64,000 bases of DNA from Nitrospirales bacterium (GCA_963555755.3 OY820905.2:4480001-4544000); one strand, 5' to 3'; positions 20,399-30,133 are shown, numbered from the stretch's first letter. Translations and numbers: made by a program. Notes: generated by a model not told the origin, from the sequence alone.

Positions 20399-23071
20399 AT
20401 GACCATTTATCAGAAAAACCTTAAGGCCCTCAGTATTCACCATCCAGAATTGGTCGAACTCTTGAACGGTGAGATCTCCGTTGCCCATATACAAGTATTG
20501 CGAGCCAAAAGCGGAGCCCGTCGTCTTCTGGTTCGTGGAGAATCAGGGGCAGCTGTGGCTATACACAATGAAAGCGATCCTGAAGGGGTCGCACAGCGCA
20601 CGGCAAAAAAAATCTCCCATCGCCAAGGGGTGTTGGTATTGCTGGGAATGGGATTAGGGTACCTTGCCAAACTTCTCGGTCAGCGTGTCAACGAAGAGTT
20701 AGCCTTGCTGGTGTATGAAGCCGACCCCGGCATTTTTAAAACAGCCATGGAATACGTGGATTTAACGAAACTCTTAAATTCCTCCATGGTGAAAATTCTT
20801 GTTGGGAGTGAGGCCAACGTAGGGTCTTGGTGTTATAGCTATATGCTGAAAACTTTCGGGCATGTTCATGTGATTTCCTATGAACCAGCATTTCGGGCGG
20901 CTCCGACGGTGTACCATCAAAAACGAGATAAGGAATTATTGCCCTATACTCAAATCAATCTTATTAATCATGCTACGGCGAATCATTTAGGCCCGCTTTT
21001 CGTTCGAGGGATGTTGGAAGCTATTCCGCATGTGGTCAGGGTCCCTGGAGTGAATCGATTGCGCAATCTTTTCGCCGGCAAGCCAGCTATCCTCATTGCT
21101 GCCGGACCATCGTTAGGAAAAAATGTCCATTACTTGAAATCGGCAAAGGGGCGCGCTGTTCTTATTTCTGCGGATACGGTGTTAGGGTATCTCTTGGCCC
21201 GTGGGATCATTCCAGATTTTGTGGTGAGCGTGGATCCTCAAGATGAAACATATACGAAGTACCATGGTGTTGATATTCCTAGTGAGTTGGCTTTGGTTTT
21301 TCATCCGTCCTGTAACGCAGAGATTGTGAAACATTTTCCTGGGCCAAAATATGTGAGTGCCAGCAGTATGGGAATCTATCAATGGCTACAGAATTTCTGG
21401 CCAGAAAAGGGAAGCGTGGAACAAGATGTGCAATGTCAAGTGCATCTAGGATTTAATCTTGCACAATGGCTTGGCTGTGATCCTATCATTATCGTGGGAC
21501 ACGATCTCTGCTACACAGATGATTTGATGCATGTCAAAGGTGGAAGCTATCTCACAAGAGAAGAAGAAGACAAGCACGTGGCTGAAGGGGTGAACACCCG
21601 TAATATATTTGGACAGATTGTCGGAACCTATCCTGTTTTTTGGGGATACAAGGCCACGATGGAACGAAAAATCGAGGCTTTTCCAGGCCGAGTCGTGAAT
21701 GCGACGGAGGGTGGGGTCAACTTACAAGGAGCAGAAAATCTTCTTTTTCAAGATGCCTTTGCGGAATGTTGGGCTGGAGAAGTTATTGATGTCGGTCAAT
21801 CCCTTCGAAAAGTGAATCAGAGCTGTGTGGAAAGCCCGGACTGGGAAGGTCTTCTTCAGGAGCTGAGAGATCGGGCAAGAGATTATTTTAGGCTTGAGCG
21901 GGTGTCCAAACGGTTATGTTCGCTTATGGACAAAATAGAAAAACATGTGGAGGGAACCCAAGAGATTGATCACAATCTTAGCAAGCTGACGAATCAAGCC
22001 GAACGGCTCACGCAGCAAGTCCCTCGGTATGGTACAGCACTCGGGCTTCTTCAGTTGATTGATTTTCGGTTAGAGGAATATATGTGGAAGGAGAAGACCG
22101 ATGCCATCGATTCCATAGAAGACCCACTCGATCGACTGAGGAAACAGCTTAATCGAGGCCGACGTTTTTATGGCGATGTGATGAAGGCCATTGCCTTTTT
22201 TCGACCGGATTTGAAACGGTTAGAGGAACGACTAGAGTGTCAGTGGAAGCAAGAGTTGAGGAATGAGCCTGGTCTTGCGATCGCGTCTAGGTTGGATAGG
22301 ACAGAAGAACTTATCTCTATTGGACTGTTTGATGCGGCCTCGCAATTAATTTCTCCACTGTTGGAGTCTGAGAGACAAGCTTCGACAGAGCCTCGATTAG
22401 CCCTTTTGAGTCTTCGTGTTCCCCTTACACTGAATCAAATCAGTCTTGCCTGGAAACGATCTCAAGAATTTAGGACGTTACTTTCTGTCACTTCTGAGGG
22501 GAAGGACTTGATGGCCCAAGCCAAAACTTTATGGGTTACTTGGCAAAAAAAGCAGCAGGAAGTCAATATATTGGGCAGTCTTTCCTCATCCCCTACCATG
22601 GAATCCGGAAATTTTTATTTTCGAGCTGGAAACCATACACGAGCGGCTCAACACTACAAGAACTTTTCAGAATCTTCCAATATCGATGATGCGGTTCGTG
22701 GAGAAGCACTGTATAGGCTTTCAAAGGCGTACCAGGCTTTAGGAGATATGATGGCTTCAGTTGAGGCTTTGGAAGGTGCGATGCTAGCCAGTCCAGCCGA
22801 TCCACGAGTGTATTATGACCTTGGGGTGCTTTCTCTCCAAGAACAACGAGTGGAGGTGGCTGAGCAGTTTTTCGAGAAAGGCACAGAAGTCGCCCTTGAG
22901 GATCCTGCTTTTTGTGAGGCAGTTGGGGCCGTGTTCGCTGCGGCGGGAGCTCATGAACAGGCTATACAATTTTTTGAGAGAGCCTTGATGCAGTGTCCTC
23001 AAGATCCTGACCTGATAAAAAAAATTGCGCAATCCTGCCAGGCCTTTGGTGAACCGGTTCACCTGGTCTAA
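20399..23071 (+). CDS. Motility-associated factor (Maf/DUF115) flagellin glycosyltransferase with C-terminal TPRs
   Basis: IYQKNLKAL, LGMGLGY, AAGPSLGKN, PDFVVSVDP, GHDLCY, VVNATEGG; TPR-like helices in the last ~170 aa; directly upstream of fliC. Confidence 0.88.
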   Translation: MTIYQKNLKALSIHHPELVELLNGEISVAHIQVLRAKSGARRLLVRGESGAAVAIHNESDPEGVAQRTAKKISHRQGVLVLLGMGLGYLAKLLGQRVNEELALLVYEADPGIFKTAMEYVDLTKLLNSSMVKILVGSEANVGSWCYSYMLKTFGHVHVISYEPAFRAAPTVYHQKRDKELLPYTQINLINHATANHLGPLFVRGMLEAIPHVVRVPGVNRLRNLFAGKPAILIAAGPSLGKNVHYLKSAKGRAVLISADTVLGYLLARGIIPDFVVSVDPQDETYTKYHGVDIPSELALVFHPSCNAEIVKHFPGPKYVSASSMGIYQWLQNFWPEKGSVEQDVQCQVHLGFNLAQWLGCDPIIIVGHDLCYTDDLMHVKGGSYLTREEEDKHVAEGVNTRNIFGQIVGTYPVFWGYKATMERKIEAFPGRVVNATEGGVNLQGAENLLFQDAFAECWAGEVIDVGQSLRKVNQSCVESPDWEGLLQELRDRARDYFRLERVSKRLCSLMDKIEKHVEGTQEIDHNLSKLTNQAERLTQQVPRYGTALGLLQLIDFRLEEYMWKEKTDAIDSIEDPLDRLRKQLNRGRRFYGDVMKAIAFFRPDLKRLEERLECQWKQELRNEPGLAIASRLDRTEELISIGLFDAASQLISPLLESERQASTEPRLALLSLRVPLTLNQISLAWKRSQEFRTLLSVTSEGKDLMAQAKTLWVTWQKKQQEVNILGSLSSSPTMESGNFYFRAGNHTRAAQHYKNFSESSNIDDAVRGEALYRLSKAYQALGDMMASVEALEGAMLASPADPRVYYDLGVLSLQEQRVEVAEQFFEKGTEVALEDPAFCEAVGAVFAAAGAHEQAIQFFERALMQCPQDPDLIKKIAQSCQAFGEPVHLV

Positions 23072-23173
23072 AACCGCATGTCATCCATTCAAAAAAAACA
23101 CATAAAAACAATAGGTTACAGCATTGGTTTTTCCAAAAAGATTCCTCCAAGGATGTGCCAGATGGGCTGGCTT

Positions 23174-23200
23174 TCAGATTGTACTATGAGAGACCGATAG
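23174..23200 (+). promoter_or_regulatory. Sigma-28 (FliA)-like promoter of fliC
   Basis: TCAG-N15-ACCGATAG versus consensus TAAA-N15-GCCGATAA. Confidence 0.6.
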
Positions 23201-23357
23201 AGGTTCTAGCAAGGGAAAGCATTAAAGCAATAAAGATGCGAACGGGGCCTTCCGAAAAGGAAGCCAAGCATTTTTAAGGCGGAAAAGAATATTGACCAAG
23301 ATGATAATGATGCCACGAAAGGCAACATAACCCCTATCGATTCAAGGAGGAATCAAC

Positions 23358-25178
23358 ATGCCACTTATTGTTAATACCAACATTGCCAGTCTCAATACCC
23401 AACGGCAATTGACTATTGCCAACAACGCCATTAACAAATCTCTTGAGCGGTTATCTTCAGGGTTGAGGATTAATCGTGCATCCGACGACGCTGCGGGTTT
23501 GGCCATTGCCACAAGATTGCAAGCGCAAGTTCGTGGTCTCCAACAAGCTTCTCGGAATGCCAACAATGCGATTTCGTTAGTGCAAACCGCAGAAGGTGCG
23601 CTCAATTCGGTCACCAACATTTTACAGCGGCTTCGTGAATTGGCCGTGCAAGCCGCTTCTGACGATAATACAGACCAAGATCGAGTGGCTCTCAATAATG
23701 AAGCCACACAGTTACGTGATGAGTTAACACGATTGGCGCAAACCGTGGAGTTCAACGGTACGACATTGTTGGATGGGAGTTTTAGTGGGAAAAAATTCCA
23801 AATTGGTGCCAATGCGGATCAAACCCTGACTTTTGAAATCGCTGACGTCCGAGCCACGGCTATTGGACAATTTGCGACGCTGGCCGCTAATGTCGGAGAC
23901 GGTATAGCTTCACCTACCAGCGATGGCGTAGGGAATCTTTCTTCAGGTGAATTCAGCATTAATGGAACTGATGTGTTGGCCACCTCAAATAGTGATGATC
24001 AGGTTTCGGTCCTTCAACTCGGTGGGCAAAACCTCGACTCGGCTGTAGTCAGTGGTGGTACGATATATAATTCGAATATTACCAGTGCATCACTCTTTGT
24101 GAATGGGACAACTATTGATCTAAGCGCCCTAGTTGGTTCAAGTATCGCTTCTCTGGTGGTAGACATTGCGTCACTGGTGAATTCGGCTTCTATTACAAAT
24201 GTGACGGCTCGGGTGATTGAAACCAGCAACCTGATTTTGGAGGCCACGGCTGGAAACAATTTAGTGCTTGGAGCCAGTAACACAGGTGCCACCGTATTCA
24301 GTCTGGCGGCTGACTTAGCCACTGCGTTGGGCATTGGGAGTGGGTTTGTAGGTTCTACTGGAACCACGAGTGCAATCACCACCTACAATGGACAGTCTTC
24401 TTCGTTGGCTAAAGCAGCGGCAATTAATGGAATTAAGTCAACAACCGGTGTGACTGCCACAGTCCAATCCAATTCCGTCACCTTCACACTGTCCGTCGCA
24501 TCCAGTTCAATTTCTTCCGGTGATTTTTTTATTAATGGCACGAACATTGGAGCCGTCGACGTTTCCACAAATGATTCCAACGGGGCCCTTGCTGCGGCCA
24601 TTAACGCGCAGTCGGGTACTACTGGTGTGAAGGCAACGGTATCTTCAGGAAAGTTAACGCTGACCGCAAGTGATGGACGGAATATTACCTTTGGCGCCAC
24701 AAGCGCAGCTCAGGCGGCATTGGGGAATAGCGGTGATGTGACGTTTACAGGAAAGGTCGGTATTGTCCGTGGCTCAATCACCCTGACCTCGACGAGTAAC
24801 TTTACGGTTGCTGGGACGACAGCCGATATCGGGGGAATTGCCACTACTACTTTTGTCGCTTCTGGGAATTTGAGCACCCTGGCCATTACGAGTCGGTTGC
24901 AAGCGAATACGGCCATCACCCAACTTGATTCGGCCTTAGATACTGTCAATGCGATTCGGGCGAGCATCGGTGCGGTGCAGAGCCGACTCAATACGGCCAT
25001 CTCATTCTTGGATAATGCCGCTGAGAATCAGGCGGCATCTGAATCTCGAATCCGGGATGCCGACTTCGCCCTTGAAACGGCCCAATTTACCCGGGCTCAG
25101 ATTTTGGTACAGGCGGCAACCGCGATTTTGGCTCAGGCGAATGCTCAGCCACAGATTGCTTTACAGTTGCTGCAGTAG
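23358..25178 (+). CDS. fliC: Flagellin
   Basis: NTNIASL...ERLSSGLRINRASDDAAGLAI...QTAEGAL; C-terminal ESRIRDADFA...QANAQPQIALQLL. Confidence 0.98.
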   Translation: MPLIVNTNIASLNTQRQLTIANNAINKSLERLSSGLRINRASDDAAGLAIATRLQAQVRGLQQASRNANNAISLVQTAEGALNSVTNILQRLRELAVQAASDDNTDQDRVALNNEATQLRDELTRLAQTVEFNGTTLLDGSFSGKKFQIGANADQTLTFEIADVRATAIGQFATLAANVGDGIASPTSDGVGNLSSGEFSINGTDVLATSNSDDQVSVLQLGGQNLDSAVVSGGTIYNSNITSASLFVNGTTIDLSALVGSSIASLVVDIASLVNSASITNVTARVIETSNLILEATAGNNLVLGASNTGATVFSLAADLATALGIGSGFVGSTGTTSAITTYNGQSSSLAKAAAINGIKSTTGVTATVQSNSVTFTLSVASSSISSGDFFINGTNIGAVDVSTNDSNGALAAAINAQSGTTGVKATVSSGKLTLTASDGRNITFGATSAAQAALGNSGDVTFTGKVGIVRGSITLTSTSNFTVAGTTADIGGIATTTFVASGNLSTLAITSRLQANTAITQLDSALDTVNAIRASIGAVQSRLNTAISFLDNAAENQAASESRIRDADFALETAQFTRAQILVQAATAILAQANAQPQIALQLLQ

Positions 25179-25328
25179 ATAGCATGGTAGGAGGAAAGGG
25201 TTTGCCATGATTGGTGAGACCTCTCCCAACCCTTTTCGTTGCTTTCATGCTTGGTTCTTTTGTTGATGATCAGGAAAGTTCAGAGGTCGTGGGAATCGAG
25301 CTGGCCCTTGGTGGGCCATTTCTGAGAG

Positions 25329-25742
25329 ATGTTTATGGAGGAATTCAGTGTCATAAGAGCATTCGGCCAATCGACACCTGGTCCTCCCAAGCCTCCTGCT
25401 GTTCCTTCACGACTTCCCAAACTTGGTGGAAGTGAAACCAAGGTTGCAGGTTTGCCGGGAGCGGGGGGAGAGAGTGTAGGCGCTACTTCTCAATCTCCCA
25501 AAAGTGTCAGTTCGGCTGAAGTGAAACCTGCCGTTGAGGATTTAAATCTTCAGTTGGAAATAGCCAATCGTATACTTCGGTTTTAGGTCGATGAGACTAT
25601 CAAGGAAATCAAGGTTCTGGTCATTGACGAAGAAACTGGAGAGGTCGTGAGGACCATACCCCCGGAAGCTTCCATAAGGTTTGCCGCCAATGGGCACCAC
25701 GTGGGCTCTTTACGGTACAGGGGTAATCCCATTCTTGATTGA
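25329..25742 (+). pseudogene. flaG: FlaG with in-frame TAG at 25584-25586 and a probable downstream 1-bp deletion
   Basis: ORF stops at ILRF*, but the same frame continues VDETIKEIKVLVIDEETGEVVRTIPPE, the FlaG core; lies between fliC and fliD. Confidence 0.85.
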
Positions 25743-25799
25743 ATAGGGGACAGTCGGGTATTTGCGCAGTGCGCATGACTTCAGGAGGAAGAATGTAGC

Positions 25800-28157
25800 A
25801 TGGGGCTAGCCACGGCAACCGGACTCATATCCGGCATCAACTTCACTGAAGTCGTCAGTCAGCTGGCTGAACTCGAGTCTCGCCCTATTCTTCTTCTCCA
25901 ATCGAAAAAAGCCGATCTCCAAACCGTCAGTGCTGAGCTGAGTACGCTCAGTGTGAAACTGTCCGCCCTACAAACTGCGGCGAGTAGTCTCTCCTCGTTT
26001 TCCAATTTTAATACCAATACCGTTTCGGTGACCCAGACCACGTCTGGAGTCGCGTTATTATCCGCTACCGTGGATAGCACGGCCATTCCCGGGACGTCGC
26101 AAGTCAAGGTCAACCAATTGGCCCAAACCCATTCGGTTGCTTCGCAGGGATTCGTGGATGATGATACCACGGCAGTGGCCAGTGCAGCGGGTACCCTGAA
26201 ATTTAAGGTGGGAACAGCTGGAGCCGTGACCTCCGTCAGCGTGACCACCGAAACCACCCTGGTTCAGTTGCGCGATGCGATCAATGGTGCCAATGGATCG
26301 GTCAACGCATCGATTATTAATGATGGATCCGGCTCTAATCCCTATCGGTTGGTTCTGACTGCGAAAGATTCAGGGGCAGCCAATACGATATCGATTACGA
26401 GTAATCCTACGACATTAGATTTCACGAATAAACAAGTGGAAGCAGCCTTTGCCAAGACGACCAATAGTTATTCCGGAACGGTGTCGTCGAATTCAGGGAA
26501 TAATTATCTTGGAACCACTAACAAAACGTTTCTGGTGGAGATTGTGGCTGGAGGTGACCCAGGGACGGCGACCTATAAATATTCGATTGATGGCGGCATA
26601 ACATTTTTAGGTGCAAGTGGAGCTGCCTATGTCGCTGGGTCGAATGAAATTACGACGCAGACGGCTTTGACCCTTTACATTGATGGCCAAGCATCGACCA
26701 GTACGACAGAAGGTCAAAACGAAGGTGTCCAAATATCCTTTGGTGCATCCTCAGGGGATCTTGTTGCTGGGGACCAATTCACCATTGATGTCTTTAATCC
26801 TACGTTACAGGATCCGAAAGATGCAGTCATTGAAGTCGGAACCCTGACCATCACCAAATCCTCAAACACCATCTCAGACGTGATTCAGGGAGTCACGTTA
26901 GATCTCCTACAGGCTGGAGCCAGCACTGATACCATTGAGGTGAAAGTATCCAATGATACAAGCGGAATCAAAAGCCAAGTGGATAGTTTTATTTCTGCCT
27001 ATAACGATGTGATCAGGTATTTGCAAGATCAACTGTCTTTCGACCCCGAAGACCCAGAGACCAGCACCGCCAAGCCGTTGCTAGGCGATGGCACGGCAAT
27101 TACTTTAAATCGGAAATTACAAGACCTCATTGGTTCAACCGTGCCTGGGGCGAGCAGCGGGTTGAACAGTTTGGCCCAACTCGGGGTGTCCACTGATACG
27201 GATACCTCTGAAATCAGTTTGGATGATTCGAAGTTTCAGGCTGCTCTTGCCCTAAGCCTCACCGATGTCACGCGGCTCTTTATTGGGATTGGAGTTCCCA
27301 CAAATTCCCAGATTGAATTCGTGAGTAAAACGGATGACACCGATCCGGGAACCTATGGGCTCGTGATCAATACGGCACCGACTCGGGCTACCGTTGATGC
27401 CGATCATGCTATCCAATCTGGTGGGATTGCCGCTCAAGAAGTCATATCGGTGAATGTATTTACCAATGCGACCTCTACGAGTGATCCCCCCACGACCGTT
27501 CAAATCACCGCAGTGGCTGGCAGTACGGTGAATGATATTGTCAATGCCTTAAACAGTGCCTTTGCGACAACGGGCATTGACATCAGTGCCTCGAACAACA
27601 ATGGCGCCATCCGGATACGATCGGCTAAGTATGGTGATGATGTCAAGATTCAAGTGCTTTCTGATAAGGATAATTCCTCCAATCAATCAGGGCTAGGGAC
27701 GGCAGGTAGTACTTTCAAGGAAAATACGGGCGTGAACATCGCCGGCACGATTAACGGGTTTAAGGCCAATGGGAAGGGGGCGGTCCTCACCAGTGGGTCA
27801 GGGTCTGGTGAGGATGGCCTTTCAGTCAGAGCCGAAGTCTCAACCACAGGAAATTTTGGGACTATTACGGTGTCCTCAGGTGTTGCGGATCGGATGGGCG
27901 CATTGATAGCCACGATCGTCGACACCTCGAATGGAACGATTAAAATTCGACAGGACGGCATTGCAGGCACTGTTGAAGATATTGACGAGCAAATCCAGAG
28001 AAAATCAATCTTGGTAGCTGCCTTTGAACAGCGGACGCTTGAAAAATTTCAACGGTTGGAGCTGTTGTTGGCCCAGTTCCAAACGCAAAGCAATGCCCTC
28101 GCTGCAGGGTTAGCCGGTATTCAAGGCCTTCAAACACAAATCAACAATCGTCGATAG
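25800..28157 (+). CDS. fliD: Flagellar filament cap protein FliD
   Basis: GLISGINFTEVVSQL, VNQLAQTH, YRLVLTAKDSG, SNTISDVIQGVTLDL, C-terminal EKFQRLE. Confidence 0.95.
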   Translation: MGLATATGLISGINFTEVVSQLAELESRPILLLQSKKADLQTVSAELSTLSVKLSALQTAASSLSSFSNFNTNTVSVTQTTSGVALLSATVDSTAIPGTSQVKVNQLAQTHSVASQGFVDDDTTAVASAAGTLKFKVGTAGAVTSVSVTTETTLVQLRDAINGANGSVNASIINDGSGSNPYRLVLTAKDSGAANTISITSNPTTLDFTNKQVEAAFAKTTNSYSGTVSSNSGNNYLGTTNKTFLVEIVAGGDPGTATYKYSIDGGITFLGASGAAYVAGSNEITTQTALTLYIDGQASTSTTEGQNEGVQISFGASSGDLVAGDQFTIDVFNPTLQDPKDAVIEVGTLTITKSSNTISDVIQGVTLDLLQAGASTDTIEVKVSNDTSGIKSQVDSFISAYNDVIRYLQDQLSFDPEDPETSTAKPLLGDGTAITLNRKLQDLIGSTVPGASSGLNSLAQLGVSTDTDTSEISLDDSKFQAALALSLTDVTRLFIGIGVPTNSQIEFVSKTDDTDPGTYGLVINTAPTRATVDADHAIQSGGIAAQEVISVNVFTNATSTSDPPTTVQITAVAGSTVNDIVNALNSAFATTGIDISASNNNGAIRIRSAKYGDDVKIQVLSDKDNSSNQSGLGTAGSTFKENTGVNIAGTINGFKANGKGAVLTSGSGSGEDGLSVRAEVSTTGNFGTITVSSGVADRMGALIATIVDTSNGTIKIRQDGIAGTVEDIDEQIQRKSILVAAFEQRTLEKFQRLELLLAQFQTQSNALAAGLAGIQGLQTQINNRR

Positions 28158-28162
28158 GCTTT

Positions 28163-28597
28163 TTGGTTGTGAATTCCCAACTTCAGATTTATCGTCAGCA
28201 GCAAGTCCAGCATGAAATTGAACAGGCGTCGCCCGTTCGGCTTGTCGTCATGCTGTATGACAAAGCCATGTCGCTTCTTCGGCAAGCCGTGCTCCATATC
28301 GATCGGAATAATGTCAAAGCCAAAGGTGAAGCCCTCAATCGGGTCGTGGAGATCATAGGGGAATTGCAGGCTGTCCTGAATGGGGAAGAGGGGGGAGTGG
28401 TCGCACAAAACTTGGATGCCATGTATGAATTCATGATTCGATCGGTCACCTTGGCCAATTTGAATAACGACCCCCAACCCCTTGATGGTGTCTTGATGGT
28501 GTTGGAAGAATTGCGAAAAGGCTGGCAAGAACTTGAACAGATGACTCAAGACGGCGAGGTTGCCGCTGTGACCAGTCCACTCAACAGCGTGGGGTAG
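28163..28597 (+). CDS. fliS: Flagellin export chaperone FliS
   Basis: ASPVRLVVMLYDKA, IIGEL, VAQNLDAMYEF, LEELRKGW. Confidence 0.95.
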   Translation: MVVNSQLQIYRQQQVQHEIEQASPVRLVVMLYDKAMSLLRQAVLHIDRNNVKAKGEALNRVVEIIGELQAVLNGEEGGVVAQNLDAMYEFMIRSVTLANLNNDPQPLDGVLMVLEELRKGWQELEQMTQDGEVAAVTSPLNSVG

Positions 28598-28604
28598 AAA
28601 CTTG

Positions 28605-28731
28605 GTAACTACGCAGGTGGATAGACTGAAGGCTGAAGGCTTTTAGGGGGAAATCATGCGTGATCATACAACACGTCGGGCATTTCTGAGTGATAGCCTT
28701 CAGCCTTCAGCCTACATGCCTGAGTAGTCAC
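28605..28731. mobile_element. 127-bp MITE with 8-bp TSD carrying an inverted heptamer array
   Basis: TIR GTAACTACGCAGG / CCTGAGTAGTCAC; GAAACTTG at 28597-28604 and 28732-28739; internal (CTGAAGG)n...(CCTTCAG)n. Confidence 0.85.
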
Positions 28732-28742
28732 GAAACTTGCTT

Positions 28743-29270
28743 ATGTCGAACATCCCTACATTCATTGAACAGCATCAAGCCTATCTTCATCTTCAACAAC
28801 AGATCTCGAAGGCGATCCATAACCGTGACGAGAGCCTATTGGTCCAATTGAAACAGGTGAGCCATGAATTATTCGCTCAACTTGATGCGGCCAGGAAAGA
28901 ACTCGTAACGGCCACTGGCTCTGCATGGCCCAATCAGTTTTTTCCTCAATCAGATCTTGCCCAATTGGTTCAGCTCATGGAACAGGCTCAGCGACATGTC
29001 CAAGAAAACGAAACGGCCCTTCAAACCTGGTTAGGCCAAATGAAGGTCGATATCCAACACTATCAGACGTCTCAATCACAACGTGGAGTGTTGGCAGCCT
29101 ATATCCAGCAAAGGCAAGCTGGATCCCACCGAACCACTGCATTTGAACACGATACGCTCTCTCCTGAGTCGTTGGATGTCGCCCCATCCCCAACGATCCC
29201 GTCGAGTCCTTGGGTGGTCCCTCCCAAAGATCCGGAAATGGTGGGACACCAAGTCAACGAACAATCCTAA
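28743..29270 (+). CDS. Hypothetical helical protein in the FliT/FlgN position
   Basis: Q-rich amphipathic helices, P-rich tail; follows fliS. Confidence 0.6.
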   Translation: MSNIPTFIEQHQAYLHLQQQISKAIHNRDESLLVQLKQVSHELFAQLDAARKELVTATGSAWPNQFFPQSDLAQLVQLMEQAQRHVQENETALQTWLGQMKVDIQHYQTSQSQRGVLAAYIQQRQAGSHRTTAFEHDTLSPESLDVAPSPTIPSSPWVVPPKDPEMVGHQVNEQS

Positions 29271-29449
29271 GGGCCTGTGAAACAATAACTTAGACATCTC
29301 GCATTCCATATTCGGGCCATCTTTGAACGCGCCTCAATCGAAAAAACCTCAACATAGGCCTGCTATGTCTCGGCTTTTTCTCAATCGTTACGTCCAAATC
29401 TGACCCAAATCTGGACGCGATCTTGTCCAAGTTATTGTTTCACCGGCCC
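29271..29449. mobile_element. MITE family B variant
   Basis: TIR GGGCCTGTGAAACAATAACTT / AAGTTATTGTTTCACCGGCCC; TAA duplicated, the left copy being the upstream stop codon. Confidence 0.88.
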
Positions 29450-29567
29450 TAATATTCCTTCTGGTGTCCAGACTAAATGTGTTTCTGTCTTTCCTGGTTG
29501 GGTCTGTCGAATATTTCATGACAAAAACCCACAAATGCGCCAGGACATACGACCAACATCAGTGAGA

Positions 29568-29689
29568 GGGAATGTTCAAAAAAGTCCGTCCAGCAAGGCC
29601 GCAGCCCTTTTGACGCGCGGAGCGTACTCTCAGTACGTGAGCACGGCAAAATGGCGAGAACGCCGCTGGCGGCTTTTTTCAACATTCCC
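29568..29689. mobile_element. MITE family A, inverted relative to the 2039 copy
   Basis: Near reverse complement of 2039-2160. Confidence 0.88.
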
Positions 29690-29790
29690 CGGTTGTCAAT
29701 TCTTTGACCTGGATGTGTCAAAAAGTCAGGGATTTTGCTCCATACCGTTCATAAGTTTCGGTGTGGGGCGAGTTCTGTCACTGATAAGGG

Positions 29791-29879
29791 TGGAACAAAA
29801 ATTGCTTTGTATATCTTAGAGTTACACAGGCGGGTTGGGGGCATATGGTGTTGAGGCCTCAAGTGGCTCAAAAATTGCT
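29791..29879 (+). promoter_or_regulatory. Two tandem sigma-54 promoter motifs
   Basis: TGGAACAAAAATTGCT (29791) and TGGCTCAAAAATTGCT (29864), both with exact GG-N10-GC spacing. Confidence 0.6.
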
Positions 29880-30008
29880 AGATATCTAGTGGAGCGAGAG
29901 AGACGCTCTAGGAGCCTGTCCGAGATTAGCGATCGTTGCGAGGGTGTGCTGGTTTGAGTCAGATGTTTCGATTGTGTGAGGCGAATAGTGGGACTATTCA
30001 ACGAAAAC

Positions 30009-30133
30009 AGGAAATGCTCAAAAAGCCTGCCCTCGCGGAGGCGGGGGGCCGTCCAGCAAGCCCGAGGACGCAGCTGGCTTGTCTGCCGTAGCCTTGGCGA
30101 AGGAGGCTGTGGCGGCCTTTTTCAACATTCCCC
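30009..30133. mobile_element. Degenerate family A MITE with small REP-like palindromes inside
   Basis: Ends GGAAATGCTCAAAAAG / CTTTTTCAACATTCCC; inserts CCTGCCCTCGCGGAGGCGGG and GTCTGCCGTAGCCTTGGCGAAGGAGG. Confidence 0.65.

Noticed and set aside
23146..23160. Minus-strand sigma-54 motif TGGCACATCCTTGGA upstream of fliC
   Set aside because: Spacing is one base short, -12 is non-consensus, and it points into no gene
23205..23340. c-di-GMP riboswitch in the fliC leader
   Set aside because: GAAA-type loops are present but the conserved GEMM motifs (GGCAAAC, GACGCAAAG) are absent
25584..25586. Programmed amber readthrough (pyrrolysine) in flaG
   Set aside because: No pyl genes in the window, other genes end normally at TAG, and a second lesion suggests decay
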